64,000 nt of DNA from the human T2T-CHM13v2.0 reference genome, Homo sapiens. The notes under the pieces were generated by a model that worked only from the letters and a program-made list of their open reading frames with translations, was not told the origin of the DNA and searched no databases. A program made the translations under genes and the position numbers. The first letter of the stretch is position 1. Each line of letters begins with the position of its first letter. This document shows, piece after piece, positions 45,538-58,692 of this stretch. The stretch lies in assembly GCF_009914755.1 (NCBI RefSeq), contig NC_060938.1; one strand, given 5' to 3'.

Positions 45538-46325
45538 CTCTCTTTGGGTCTCTGTCTCTAATTTATTATTCCTCTGTCTCTGTAGTTCTATCCCTCTCTG
45601 TCTGCGTCTGTCTTTATGCTGGTCTTTACTTTGCCTCTCTCTTCGCACTGAGTTCTCTCTCTCGCTCTCTCTTTTTCTCTCGCTCCCTGTGCATGTGTGT
45701 GTGTGTGTGTGTGTTATGTGTATGTCTGTCTGTGTGTGTATGTGTGTGTCTGTGTGCTTCCCTGCTCTTTCTGGGTCTGTCTTTCTATGTCCTTCTGTCT
45801 GCCTGCCTCTCTCTTATTTCTAAGCCCTGGTATCTGTTTCCCTCTGAATCTTGCTGTCAGCACATCTCGAAGTGCTGAGTTTTTGCTGCTGCTGGTGGTG
45901 GTGGGCACATTAATTGGGAAACCCTAGAGCCCCCTCTTGGAGGTTCACAACACGTACCGTTGCCTGTCAGAAGCACTGAAGCCCTGTGGAAAACAACCTT
46001 TTTTGTTCTTGTTTAACTCTGTGCTTTCCATCTTGTTTGGCCACAGAATTATTTTCCCCCCAAACCACCTTACTCGCATCCTGTGGAATCATCCTTAGCA
46101 GCATTGGCCGATGGGGATTCTGCCCTGTGTGTGGGCTCTGCTCCCCGTTTCTGTCTGTCTAGCCTTTCTTTTTCTTCCTGCTTCTCTGTATCTCTGTCTC
46201 TTTCCTTCTTGGGTCTCTCTGTGTCTCTCTGTTTTTCTTCTCCATCTCTCTTTCTTTCTGTCTCTCTGCGTGGTCTCTCTGATTCTTGCTTCCCTATCCC
46301 TCTTTCTCTTTCTCTCTCTCATTTC
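45538..46325. repeat. CT/GT-rich low-complexity tract
   Basis: Directly visible (tc)n and (tg)n mosaics. Confidence 0.8.
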
Positions 46326-46329
46326 CCCT

Positions 46330-46620
46330 GAAGCCAGGGTACTGTAGGGGTTCTCCGGCATTCCAGGGGTCCCGGCGCTGGGAGGCGAGGTGTTGAGCTG
46401 TGTGGCTTGGAGCGAGGCGGGAGTGGAGGGAACTTTTCCGTCAGGAGAGTAAGTGAACCAGAGGACGGTGCCGCAGCCACCGAGTGGTCTTCCAAGGCCC
46501 GGGTGAGAGGTGCGGCTGGAGGGATGTGGCCAGCCCTGCTGCAGGACGGGAGAAGTGCCTGAACCCCGCTGACCACCACAGCTACCACCAGGGATCAGCC
46601 CCCGGGCCACATCAGCTGAG
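46330..46620 (+). promoter_or_regulatory. CpG-enriched promoter- or first-exon-like patch
   Basis: About 15 CpGs in 290 bp; GC-box-like GAGGCGGGAG; consensus donor AGA|GTAAGT at 46448/46449. Confidence 0.4.
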
Positions 46621-47121
46621 GACTGCTATGAACATAAATTAAAAGGAGAGAGGCGTGAAAAGGGGCTTTGAAAGTACTCTGTCATTTGGTCTTCCTGTCT
46701 GTATTTTTCCTTCTTCTCTCTCATTTGTTTGCTCTATCAACTCCTCTCCTTATCTTCTGCCTGAGGCCCTACTTTCCTTCTCTTGATCTTCTGAGCAAGA
46801 GGCTAACTTCTGAGTGTGTTTTCACAGTAAGGCCTGGCGTTTGTTCGATGCTTTAGATGGCACACCAATAACCTTTATACGCACTGATGTGGCCACACAG
46901 TGAGTGAGCAGTCCTGCTCCCATTTCACAGATGAGAAAACGAAGACCCAGAGGGAGGTTAAGGGACTTGTCAATATCGCATAGGAATAACAAAGCCCAGG
47001 CCTGCCAATGCCAGTCCTCCTTTGGGCTGCCCCATGGTGCCCGTGAACTCCTCTAGGGCATGGCCTTTATTACTGATGTGCCACTTTACAGTCCTTCCTC
47101 CCTGTTCAGGTCAGTGCTGAT

Positions 47122-47427
47122 ATGACTTCTGGCCAGGACTCCTCCTCAGCTGACACCAGAGCACCTCGGGTTTCTTGGGCTCACTTGGTTCCGGCTTCCC
47201 GAATTCCCATGCTGCATCAGAGCAGCAACTGGCAGAGACAGGGAGCTCGTACCTGGGCCCTGGCAAGTCCTTTGCTGATCTGTCTTCTTTTTCTCCAACC
47301 TTCGCTCGGTTATGCCAGGAGGAGCTGGAGTGAAGGAACTGGCCCTGATAAAAATCTTTTTGGATCCTGGAACACTGACCGTCAGCGACTTTGGCGGCAG
47401 ATGAATTTCCAGTCCTGTCTTACGTAA
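47122..47427 (+). CDS. Hypothetical 101-aa ORF in an exon-like segment, with a signal-peptide-like stretch; speculative
   Basis: True ATG 12 nt after an acceptor-like ccctgttcag; open to a donor-like TAC|GTAAGG; hydrophobic WALASPLLICLLFL followed by QPSLG/YA. No homology recognised. Confidence 0.15.
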   Translation: MTSGQDSSSADTRAPRVSWAHLVPASRIPMLHQSSNWQRQGARTWALASPLLICLLFLQPSLGYARRSWSEGTGPDKNLFGSWNTDRQRLWRQMNFQSCLT

Positions 47428-48819
47428 GGAAACGAGAAGTTCATATTTCCCAACATACCAGAAAACCATTCCTCAGCTGTCACCTGCCATCAGTAGGGGC
47501 AAAATGAGGACCAGTGGGTGGAGCAGGACAGGACTGGAGGAAGGGCTCACAGTAGGCTGGGCCAGTGGATTCCAACAGTTAATGGCTGTGAGGCTCTGGC
47601 AAGAACTGGCGCCGAGCCAGGCACAGGGAACATATGATCTCACTTAATCCTCACAGCTGCCCTGGGAGGGAGGTCTGCTGTTCCCACTCTAGAAGAGGAA
47701 CCTGAAGTTTGCATCCCATATCCAGAAAGCCCCAAAACCGAGAGTGTCTGACGCCAACCCTTATCACGAAGCAACCCTGCCTTGGGAGGTGATGGCTCTC
47801 TGTTACGGGGGCTCAGTGAGCTCTTGCTGGGTGCTGTATGAATGGTAACCGTGACTCTGGTCTCAGGGTCTTGAAGACTCTGACCACTCTCAGACCACCC
47901 GCATGGCCAGTGCCCAGGCCCTGCTGTACCATTGGCTGTGGGGAGACAAGAAATAACCTGGCATTTCAGCAAGGGTCAGAAGGTGCCACCCGAGAAAGGA
48001 AATTGAATGACTAGGACATAGCATTGAAAGGTTGTTTGTCAGGGAAGATCGAGGAAAGCCTCAATGCCCATCAAGAAATGTCTAGATGAAAAAACAATAG
48101 CTCAGCAGCTCAAAACCCTAGGGATCTCTCTGAGACTGACAGGGAGAATAGTCCAAGAAACATCATTTTGTGACAAAAAGCAAGCTGCAGAATAAGATGT
48201 GCAATGGGATATCATATATGTGAAGAGATACACACAAAACACAAAGCCTTCTATTTCCACATGTAGTTATACATGCATGGCAATGCATAGCAAGAGGTCT
48301 GGAAGGAGACACCCCAGACTGACAAAGCGGTGTCCTCCAGGGGAAGGCCAGGAACAAAATGGGAGCCTTGGCATAGGGTGATGGTGGAGGGTATGGTAAA
48401 GGAGTTCCTTTGATTGATTTATACTGTTTGAATTGCTTACAGCAAAAATACATTATGTCCTCCTTAGGTAATTAAAAATAAATACATAAGTAAATGAAAA
48501 GAAAGTGCAAATCTGCTTTGTGGATCATAAATACATGGAGTGGTGACTTGATCTGATTAATTGATGAACTCAGCCAATAAATATTACAGAGAGAATGTCC
48601 TCTGGAACAGGCCTTATGCTAGGGGTGGAACTGCAGAAATGAAAGATGGAGACTCCGATCCCAAGGAGCTTAGAATCCAGTGAGGAAGGTAAACGGCAAA
48701 CCCAGAGTGAATATCCTAGGAACTGTGACAGCCCAGGGAATCACATAATCTAGCTGGCCTGGAAGATTCCTGGAGTCTATGTCTAAAAGGTGACATTTGA
48801 GTGGGGATCTGAAGGATGA

Positions 48820-49208
48820 TGTATGTCCCCAAATTCATGTGTTAGGAACTCAATTCCCAGTGTAACAGTATGGGGAGCTGTGACCTTTGGGAGATGATTG
48901 AGTCATGAGGCTCCAGCCTCATAAATGTGATTAGGTGCCCTTATAAAAGGGCTTGACAGAGGGAGTTTGCCCCCCTTTCACTCCTTCCATTCCCTCCACC
49001 ATGTGAGAACACAGTGTCCCTCCCTTCCAGAGGATGCAGACACAAGGCACCATCTGGAAGCGCAGAGCAGCCCTCGCCAGACACCAAACCTGCTGGCGCC
49101 TTGATCTTGGACTTTCCAGCCTCCAGAACTGGAAGAAAATGAACTTCTGTTCTTTATAAAGGACCCAGTCTCAGGGGTCTTGTTATAGCAGAACTGATGG
49201 ATGAGACA
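48820..49208 (+). mobile_element. MSTD/MLT1A1-like MaLR LTR
   Basis: ccccaaattcatgtgt...gcccttataaaagggcttga...cttgatcttggactttccagcctccagaact. Confidence 0.75.
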
Positions 49209-50589
49209 GATGAGTAGCAGCCTGACTTGGAGATGGGGAACACGTCCTGGCAGATGGAGCAGCAAGAGTTGCTATTGCCTGGCAGCAAGTCCAGAGCTGC
49301 CTCCAGTGGGCATGGCCAGGCCTCCCATCCAGCTCTCCTTCCTCCTGGAGCTGACATCTGGGTGACAACGTCCACCTTGAGATCCGTGAAGACACCCAGA
49401 TTCTAGTCTGACTCTGTTCCCTCCGCCACGTAATCTCTCTGATCCTGTTTCCCATCTGGAAGAGTCAGGAGGGGGTTAATTCCTGCCCTGCCAAGTTTCT
49501 AGGATTATCATGAAGATCAAGTGGGATAATGCCTAGAAAAGAGTTTCATAAACCAAGAAGCACCAAACAAATATTATTTAGATTGCAGTCTTGCTTCTAG
49601 AAGCCGAGCCAGTTGCCTAAACAGAAAAATTAAATTTACGAAGAGGATCTGAACTTTCCCTCTCATATCCCCAGGCCTCCATTAACCATGGAGAGGCAAA
49701 ACCTTCTTGGTCTATCTCCTTCTAGAGAGGTGATGGGTGCAGGAGAGAAAGAGGGGAGGGTGTGAAATAAGGAGGAGATGGCTTCATCACAGCCATGGAT
49801 CGTGAGGACAGTTGTTCTTTCCAGCTAGTCTGTGTGTGGGGTCAGGCCAGGCTCAGACCCAGCTATGAAGTCACCAAATAGGATTTTCTTTGCTCTCAGA
49901 TTTGGCTGTTTTCCTTTTTTTTAACATCTTGCCAAGGAAACCAGCTCTTGGAAGATTCTGCACTACTTCCACCCTGCAGAGAAGGGTCTGGGTCTTTTTC
50001 TCAGGTGCCCCCAGTGCTTACGTGGCTGTCATCCCCTCTGGTCCTCCGTACCCTGGGTTGCAAGCAGGAATGCCACTCAGAGCTCCAGGGGCCTTTACCA
50101 AGGATCAGACTATCAGGTGAAGGGAGGAGAGTTGACCAGCATGGAGCAGATAGGGGTGGTATTTAGTAGGAATGGTGGTATGGCATTCTAAGACTGCTGA
50201 GCTTGTCCAACTTAGCTCATTATGGATTTCCATTCACAGAGTCTGAGGAGTGGTCCCTAAAACCTATAAACAATGCTATCATCCTAGAGAGCAACCGACA
50301 GTGGTCTGAGTGGGACCGTCAAGCTTGAGTGTGCCTGCCCTTCGTGTACAATGTTAGCCTAAGAAACTCAGGTTTGTAATTTGTCAAGAAAAAATTGGAA
50401 GGCAGTTGAGGAAAAATCCATCATAAGCTAAAGCCTTGGCAGTTGTATCCAGCTGAAGGTACCAGGGAGCAGGTGTGGATGGTAGGAAACTGAGACAAAG
50501 ATCCAAATACCTGGGGCCCTAGCTCATGGTCTGAGGGTGTGGGGCAGGGATACAGACCTGTAACAAAACAGGATGGATGTTGTAATAGC

Positions 50590-51639
50590 AGATGTGTTCA
50601 AGGGTCTCCAAGACAACCCTCAGGTTTGATGATTTGCTAGAGGGACTCACACAACTGAGAAAAGTTGCTGTATTCATGGTTATGCTTTATAACAGTGGAA
50701 CGACATAGATTAAAGCCAGAAAAGGGAGAGGGTGCATAGGGTGGAGGCCAGGAGAGAGCAGAGACAAGCTTCCAGTTGCTGTCCTCCAGGGGAGTTTTAC
50801 AGACAATGCTTAATTCATCTAGGAACAATGTGACACCACACATGGAGAGCTACCAACAACGGAAGCTCCTGAGCCTCTGTGTCCTGAGCTTTTACTGAGG
50901 GTTGGTCGTGTAGGCATGGCTGACCACCTGCATGGCTGACATTACTTAGTCCCCAGCCCCTTCAGAGGTCAAACAGACACGTGTGGCTAGAGGCCTGCAC
51001 CAGCAATCTCATTGTTAGCATGGACTATCTGGCATAGGCCCTGTATTAGTAAGGGTTCTCTAGAGGGACAGAACTAACGGAATATATATATATATACTCC
51101 CATATATATATGGGAGTTTATTAAGCATTAACTCACATGATTACAAGGTCCACAATAGGCCATCTACAGGCTGAGGAGGAGGAAGAGCCAGTCTGAGTCC
51201 CAAAACTGGAGGACTTGGAGTCTGATGTTCAAGGGCAGGAAGCATCAAGCACAGGAGAAAGATGTAGGCTGGGAGGCTAGGCTGGTCTAGTCTTTTCACG
51301 TTTTTGTGCCCGCTTTATATTCTAGCCAAGCTGGCAGCTGATTAGATTGTGCCCACTCAGATTAAGTGTGGCTCTGCCTTTCCCAGCCCACCAACTCAAA
51401 TATTAATCTCCTTTGGCAACACCCTCACAGACACACCCAGGATCAATACTTTGCATCCTTCGATCCAATCAAATTGACACTCAGTATTAACCATCACAGG
51501 CCCAAAGACACTATTATCAGGCAAGATATTCTAAAGGCTTAGAGGTTATCTCCTAGGAGCTGGCCCGGGGACAGATATCTCTTTGGAATGCATAGGGTGT
51601 GGATAATCCAGGTCTGCTGAGCCAACACTTTACTGCACA
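50590..51639 (-). mobile_element. MER77-like LTR interrupted by MLT2A
   Basis: ccctcaggtttgatgatttgctagagggactcac; reverse complement starts TGTGCAGTAAAGTGTTGGCTCAGCAGACCTGG. Confidence 0.65.
51042..51498 (-). mobile_element. MLT2A (HERV-L) solo LTR, copy 2
   Basis: Same consensus as copy 1; 5-bp TSD GGCCC at 51037-51041 and 51499-51503. Confidence 0.92.
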
Positions 51640-53555
51640 GCAAAACTCCAGAGAACTCATGAGGAGCCTGATTTATTTGTGATTGTGGGTAAAACTAGGT
51701 GGGAAGAGTGGGCAGGAGAGTAACTGGCCTACCTAGTATGATGTCTATAGTGTAATGTCTGGAAGGAGAAGGTTATTTACCCAGAACCTGGACAACATGA
51801 AACTGAGGGAAGACTGGGAGCAGAAAAAGCAACTGGGAAGGCCAAAGCTCATCCATTCATGGAGAGAAGGTTCAGTTGGTCAAATGTTGCACAAAGAGGT
51901 TGTGTAAGATGAGGGGCAACCAGACGGGGGCTAAGCAGCACAGTACAAGTGGCCATCAGTGGCCCTTGGCATGGAGAGCTGGTTGCCAGGGTGGGGCTCC
52001 AGCCCAGAGACAAAGCAAGCTGGAGGAGATCATCAGTCAAATAAGAGTGGCTGAAGGAACCAGAAGCATTTCACAAAAGGACAAGAAGGAAAGTCTCCTC
52101 TTATGTGTTTAAATATCTCCTCTTTTCTTCTTGTCTCTAAGGCCATAACTCAGAAATTAAAATAAGACTTTGTCGTTTCCCGAGATGTGAGATGACACTG
52201 GGGAAAGCAGGGTACCCTCAAAAGAGACCTAGGGCCCCATTATTTTTTAAAAAGGCAAGGGGCCTGTGTTGGACCACCTCTGCTGGTTCTAGCTGGTCAT
52301 GGCAAAGAGGGAGCTGATGGAATGAGACAGGACTGGTACAAAGGAATACAACCAGGAGGGAGGTTTTGGCCCACGTAGAAAATTACTTACTAACAACTAG
52401 AACTTCTAAAGATAGGCAGGCTGCCTTGCCTGGTAGTGAGCTTCCTGTCATTGGAATATGCAAGGTGGCTGGGTGGCCACCTGCCAGTGATGCTGTGGAA
52501 GGAATTCTTGCTCTAGGAGGGAGAATGAACTAAAAGGAGCCATTCTTCCTATACTCTCCCCAGGTGACCTCATCTAGTCCTGCATTAAAAACCTCTTCTA
52601 TGTTCAAAACTCACCAATTAAAAACTCCAAACCAGATCACTCCCCTTGGCTCCGGGACCTTGTCAATCTCCTCTACTGACTGTCCTGTACCTAGGAAGTG
52701 CCTGGCACATAGGTGTTCAGTCAATGTTTTTGAACAATTGGGTGAACCTCAGCCCTCTCACTTTTCTCCTCCCTTGGTTTTGCACAATTACCACTTTGGG
52801 CAAGCAACCTTCCTTCTGTGAAAAATGGCCCTATGAGTCTTACACCAGCTGTGCCAACTTCACCGTTCCCCACTACTTACTTCTACCCCACCCCTAGAAG
52901 TACTAAGGACCTACGGTGGATAATCTGTGTTGCTTACCCTTGTTCAGTGCCCTGCCATGTTGCATGCCTGTCACCCTCTCCCCGACCCTGTGAGTTTCTG
53001 GAGATAGAGGGTTGGGTATGTATTACTGCATACCTGACACTTTGCCCAGGCACTGGCATAGAGCAGGTGCTCAGAACCTGAGTATTGCAGCAGGGTTTCT
53101 TAGCTCCTATCTTAGGTGGAGCTTCCCCTCCCCATGCCTTCCACGAGTAGAGTATGTATTAATGAACTAGCTCTTCCAATGCTAGGAAATCTATTTCACT
53201 TTAATGAAATCCAATTAGTGCCTCCACTGTGGAGCCCTGGGCTCTTTCAGACTAGAAGATGCTGAACGAGAGGATGCCTTTTCCTGTAACCCAGATGTGT
53301 CTTTCCCGCCTCCATCTCCCTTCCAGGAACAACACTGCCATTTTTCAGCTTCTTTTATCTCCAAATGTACATCTGTTTCCAACATTTCCCTGTCTCAGGA
53401 TTCTTTGAGTGTTACTCTGCAGAATAACTTGAGGACGGTATTCTTTCACTTTTCATCCACTTACTCATTCTCCTGTCCACCCACATATCCACTCACTCAC
53501 CCTTCTTCTGAACACTCATTCATTTACCCACCTGCTCTCCCAGAGACACATTCCC

Positions 53556-54064
<509 letters not shown>

Positions 54065-55860
54065 GGCAAACACACCCAATAAACATTTCTTTGAGAGCCT
54101 ACCTTATGTGAAGTCCTCTGCCTGGGACTAAGGAAACTAATGAACAAGATTCAATTACTCCCCTGGAGAAGCTTCCAGTCTAATAAGGGAAAACTGACAC
54201 ACAGTGTGTGGTTAAGAGTATGAGCTCTTGCATTAGAAAAACCTGGGGTAAAATACCAGCTCTACTACTTAGCAGCTCAAGAACATGGACAGATTGCTTA
54301 ACTTCTTTGTGTCTCAGTTTCCTTGTGGCAAGTAATACTCAACTCATGAGTAATTGTTGTGATAATTAAATGGAATAATTCATGTAAAGTGTTTAACCCT
54401 AATCCTGGCATATATTAGGTGCTGCACAAGTGATCAATAACATTGTTACTTATAATATTATTCATTGCTTATGATATTATAGTATTATTAATTCCCTCAT
54501 ATGCTAATTATGGGATTTGATTGCTTATGAATTTCATAATTAATTTACACACTCAATGATATTTGTTGAGTATCTACTGCATATCCTATCCTGTGCCAAG
54601 CTCTGTGCTCTTTTGGAGATTAGAATCTTATTGTGCAGATGAGACACATACACTAGAAATAGCTCAATAGTAATGATAACCACAAGAATAACTATAATAA
54701 TAATGATAGCTAATGTTTATTGAGAGCTTATTATATGCCAGGTATTGTTACAAATATTTTACATAGATGAACCGATTTCACGTTCATAACAATTTTGAGA
54801 CAGCACCTATTATTTGCCCAATTTTACAGGTGAGAAAATCAGGAAAAGGACAGGTTGGGTGTCTTACCCAATGTCACAGAGCTGGTATGTGGATGAGTTG
54901 GGATTTGAATGACATTATCTAAGTTCAACAAAACAGGGCTCAGTCAGAATGTCATAGTAATGTGCAGAGGGAGGTTCCTGCAGGCAAACTGCACGGAGAA
55001 GGTGAACACACGGAGAAATAACTTCCTCATGGAGAGGGGCATTTGATATACTCCTTCCCACATGTGGGCTGTGGACAGGCTGCAACAGATTCATTGTTCT
55101 CAAGCCCCAGCCAGACCCACCGAATCAAAGCAATGAGGGAAGAACCCAGGAATGTGAATTCTAAGCATAAGCTACCATTTGCTAAAGCTTGAAAAACACT
55201 GCTCTAATGTTGAAAGTAGAGTCTCATCCCCAACTTCACCACCCACCTACTCCCTCTATGAAGTCAAGCATATCATTTAGCTTATCTGGGACTCAGTTTC
55301 CCTTATAGAAATTAGGGATAGTAATATTTGCCTCTTGGCACTGTTATAAAAAATGAACTAATATGTGTACCAAGCTTAGCCCATGGCTGGATAGTGGCAG
55401 GAGAGAGAATACAATGCTTGGGTCTTGGGTGCAGGAGGTAACCCGCCTTCCATCAGGTGGAAGGAAGTGTCCTCTGCAGTGGTAGAAGGGGAGTCAAGGG
55501 CAAGAACAGGTGCTTTCAGAGTCTGAGGATCCACGGTGGGCTTTGTGTTGAATTCACTGCACTTACCTTGGTTTCCAGCCCTTCAACGTAACTGCTGAAA
55601 CTTAAGCACTCACACTTGTTCATCTGGGAGACTTACACAATGGCTTGGTTCTTGAGAATGTTCTTCCAGAATGACTACTTGTGGTAAGTGGCAACGTGTG
55701 CTTAGGATCTGATAGGAGCTCTTTGCTCACACCACCCTGGAACCTACATGTCATCTGTGGCTGGTTCCCAGAAGCACCAGCTTGCCATGCACATTCCTAG
55801 TGAGAATGGAAAAATCCTAAGCCCTGCAACCAACTGAATGGACACCCTCTTGACCAAAAG

Positions 55861-56356
55861 TGATGCAGCACTAGCAAGTCCCAAAATTGGGGCTTAGCTC
55901 AGAAGGGTTCTTGGCTTCACCCAGGAGGGAACTCGGGGGAGCCAGTGGTGTTAGACAGCAACTTTTATCGAAGAGGCAGTGCACAGAGGTATTGCTCCTT
56001 GCACAGCCGGGCTACCCCCTGGGTAGTGTACCCAGAATCACAGCTAAGAGACAGTTCTCCAGTCATATTTATATGTGCTTTTAATTATATACAAATTAGG
56101 GGGCAGATTATGCAAACATTTCTAGAAATAGGATGATAACTTCTGGGTCATCAGGTTGTTGCCATGGAAAGGGGCAGTAACTTCTGGATGTTACCATGGC
56201 AATGGTAAACTGACATGGCACATGAGTGGGCTTGGCTTATGAAAAGCTGCTTCTGACCCATCCCTGTTTTAGCTAGTCCTCAATTTTGTCCAGTGTCCTA
56301 GCCCCGCCTCCATAGTCGAGTCCTGCCTCCTGAGTTGAGTCCCACCTTCTACCTCA
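55861..56356 (-). mobile_element. MER66-like (MER66/LTR19 group) solo LTR nested in MER50
   Basis: Reverse complement starts TGAGGTAGAAGGTGGGACTCAACTC...GAGGACTAGCTAAAACAGGG; TSD AAAG at 55857-55860 and 56357-56360. Confidence 0.8.
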
Positions 56357-57151
56357 AAAGGATCTCAGAGAAACCCTAAAAACTGAGCTCCTAGTCCTGA
56401 CATGCCTCATTCTCCCCCATCCCTTTTGTGGCTTAGACACAACAACTGACCAGCATGAATGTTAACACAGAGACCAAAAGACTGACAGAATGGACTCGTT
56501 GTGGCAATAAGATAACAAATTATAAACCAGACCTAAGCCCATGCCAGGTGAGGGTTAAGTCATGAACCCCTACGGTCACAGAATAAACTATATTCCAATA
56601 GTCACACGTTTCCCCCTTTTTTTCTTCAGCAGCTAAACAAGCACTGGCTTGAAATAAGCAATATGGAAGGAACGGCAGCTCACCCACCAGCAGACACTGA
56701 CTGAGCACCCAGTTCCACCAGGCTGAACTGCAGCTTTGATTAGACAAGAGACTGATTTGTCCTGATAAGAGACAAATGGACCAACCATGGACTCGTTTTG
56801 GTCAGTTTACAGAGGCTGTGCACCAACTGCCTTCATGTCTCTGCTTTATCTTTTAACACACAGGGCCTAATTTCAATGCATGTAAATGTTGCCTTCACCC
56901 CAAAGTGAACATAAGATGCATGTAACATGCATGCTTGTTTGGTACACATGCATCAGAAGCCCCTTTGTGAATATTCATAGCTCCTCCTATAGCCTATTGA
57001 ATATCTATATTTGGACACCTTCAGCATAAATCCCTGTCTCATCCTTTTCTCCCTTGAAATGCCTGCCTTTGGGGCTACTGGATGCTGCACTTCCCAGTCT
57101 TCGAGATGACCAGCCCACAGGATATAACCCTTTATAAGAAATAAAGTCCCT

Positions 57152-57469
57152 GGCAGGTGTGGTGGCTAATACCTGTAATCCCAGCAGTTTAGGAGGCTGA
57201 GGTGGGAGGATCACTTGAGCCCAGGAGTTTGAGATCAGCCTGGGCAACAAAGTGAGACCCTGTCTCTACAAAAAATCAAAAAATGAGCCAGGCATGGTGG
57301 TGCATGCCTGTGGTCCTAGCTACAAGGAAGGCTGAGGCAGGAGGATCACTTGAGCCCAAGAGGTCAAGGCTGCAGTGAGCTATGTTTGTGCCATGGCACT
57401 CCAGCCTGTGTGACAGAGTAAGACCCCTCTTAAAAAGAAAGAAAGATGAAAGACAGAAAGGAGGGAGAG

Positions 57470-57500
<31 letters not shown>

Positions 57501-57562
57501 AGAAAGAAAGAGGGGAAGGAAGGAAGGAAAGAAGGAAGGAAAGAAGGAAGGAAGGAAGGGAA
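57152..57562 (+). mobile_element. AluJ with an expanded (GAAA)n/(GGAA)n tail, nested in MER50
   Basis: Alu dimer to about 57430, then a purine-only microsatellite tail. Confidence 0.88.
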
Positions 57563-57921
57563 GATTCCTTTCTAAATTGATAACTTTGTGATTTTTCAGT
57601 TGACACTAGAAAAGCCTTTTCACTCCCTTGTGGCTTTGTAAATAGCAGGCAGTGGTGTTTTAGGATGCAGCACCTGCTTCTGCTGGGTGAGTGATGAGGT
57701 CTTTCTAGCAAAAGGGCTCTCTCTGTCTCTCTCATGATCAAGGGTCACTGTAACAGCTGATAGATGAAAATTTATCCATTTGTCGCCGTGAATGTCTCTG
57801 TGAGTGAAGAGCTCGCTGATCTGCCAGCAACTCCTGGTAGTCTGTCATTGTATTTTGACTGAGACTGGGCGAGGGCGGCTTTTGGCAGGTGTCTGGCCAA
57901 GCGAGGGCACTCCGTGGTGGC

Positions 57922-57971
57922 ATTTGAAGCTTGAGTCAGTCTGAATTTGAAGCTTGAGTCAGTCTGAATTT
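57922..57971. repeat. Perfect 23-bp tandem duplication, each unit containing TGAGTCA
   Basis: ATTTGAAGCTTGAGTCAGTCTGA x2, then ATTT. Confidence 0.95.
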
Positions 57972-58149
57972 CGTCAGGGAAGAAGAGCTGCTGTAAGCGA
58001 TAGTGGCATACAGGGTATAATGGAGGAGGTGAGGCTTACTGAATGAGGGAGGAGTTGGGGGCAGAAACAGCCATTGACCCCTGAGCCTGAAGCCTGAGCC
58101 TCAAACCCCAGCTCAGTGCAGTAACCAACTGTGGAGTACCCAGAGCTCA

Positions 58150-58650
58150 GGCACTTCTGGTAGGTGATTAAGTCATGAGGGCTCTGTCCTCATGAATGAG
58201 ATTAGATGCCCTTATAAAAGGACTTGAAGGAAGGAGTTTGCCCCTCTTGTCCTTCTGCCTTCTGCCGTGTGAGGACACAGCACCCCTCCCCTCTGGAGGA
58301 TGCAGCTTCAAGGTGCTAACCTGGAAGCAGAGAGCAGCCCTTACCAGACAACAGAATCTGCCTGTGCCTTGATCTTGGACTTCCCAGCCTCCAGAACTGT
58401 GAGAAATAAACTTCTGTTCTTCATAAATGGCCCAGTCTCAGGTGTTTCATTACAGCAGCACAAAATGGGCTAAGACATCATCTCACAGTTCTGGAGGCCA
58501 GAAGCCTGAGAACCAGGTGTGGGCAGGTTTGCTTCCTTCTGAGGCTGTTAGGGAGCATCTGTGCCAGGCCCCTCTCTCAGCTTCTGGCCATCTTTTGCGT
58601 TCCTTGGCTTGTGGAAGCATCACCTGATCTCTGCCTTCACTGTCACATGG

Positions 58651-58692
<42 letters not shown>

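Larger units (their letters stand above)
55801..57605 (+). mobile_element. MER50-like solo LTR hosting two insertions
   Basis: ctaagccc...aactgaatggac; gtggcaataagata; 4-bp TSD CTAG at 55797-55800 and 57606-57609. Confidence 0.85.
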
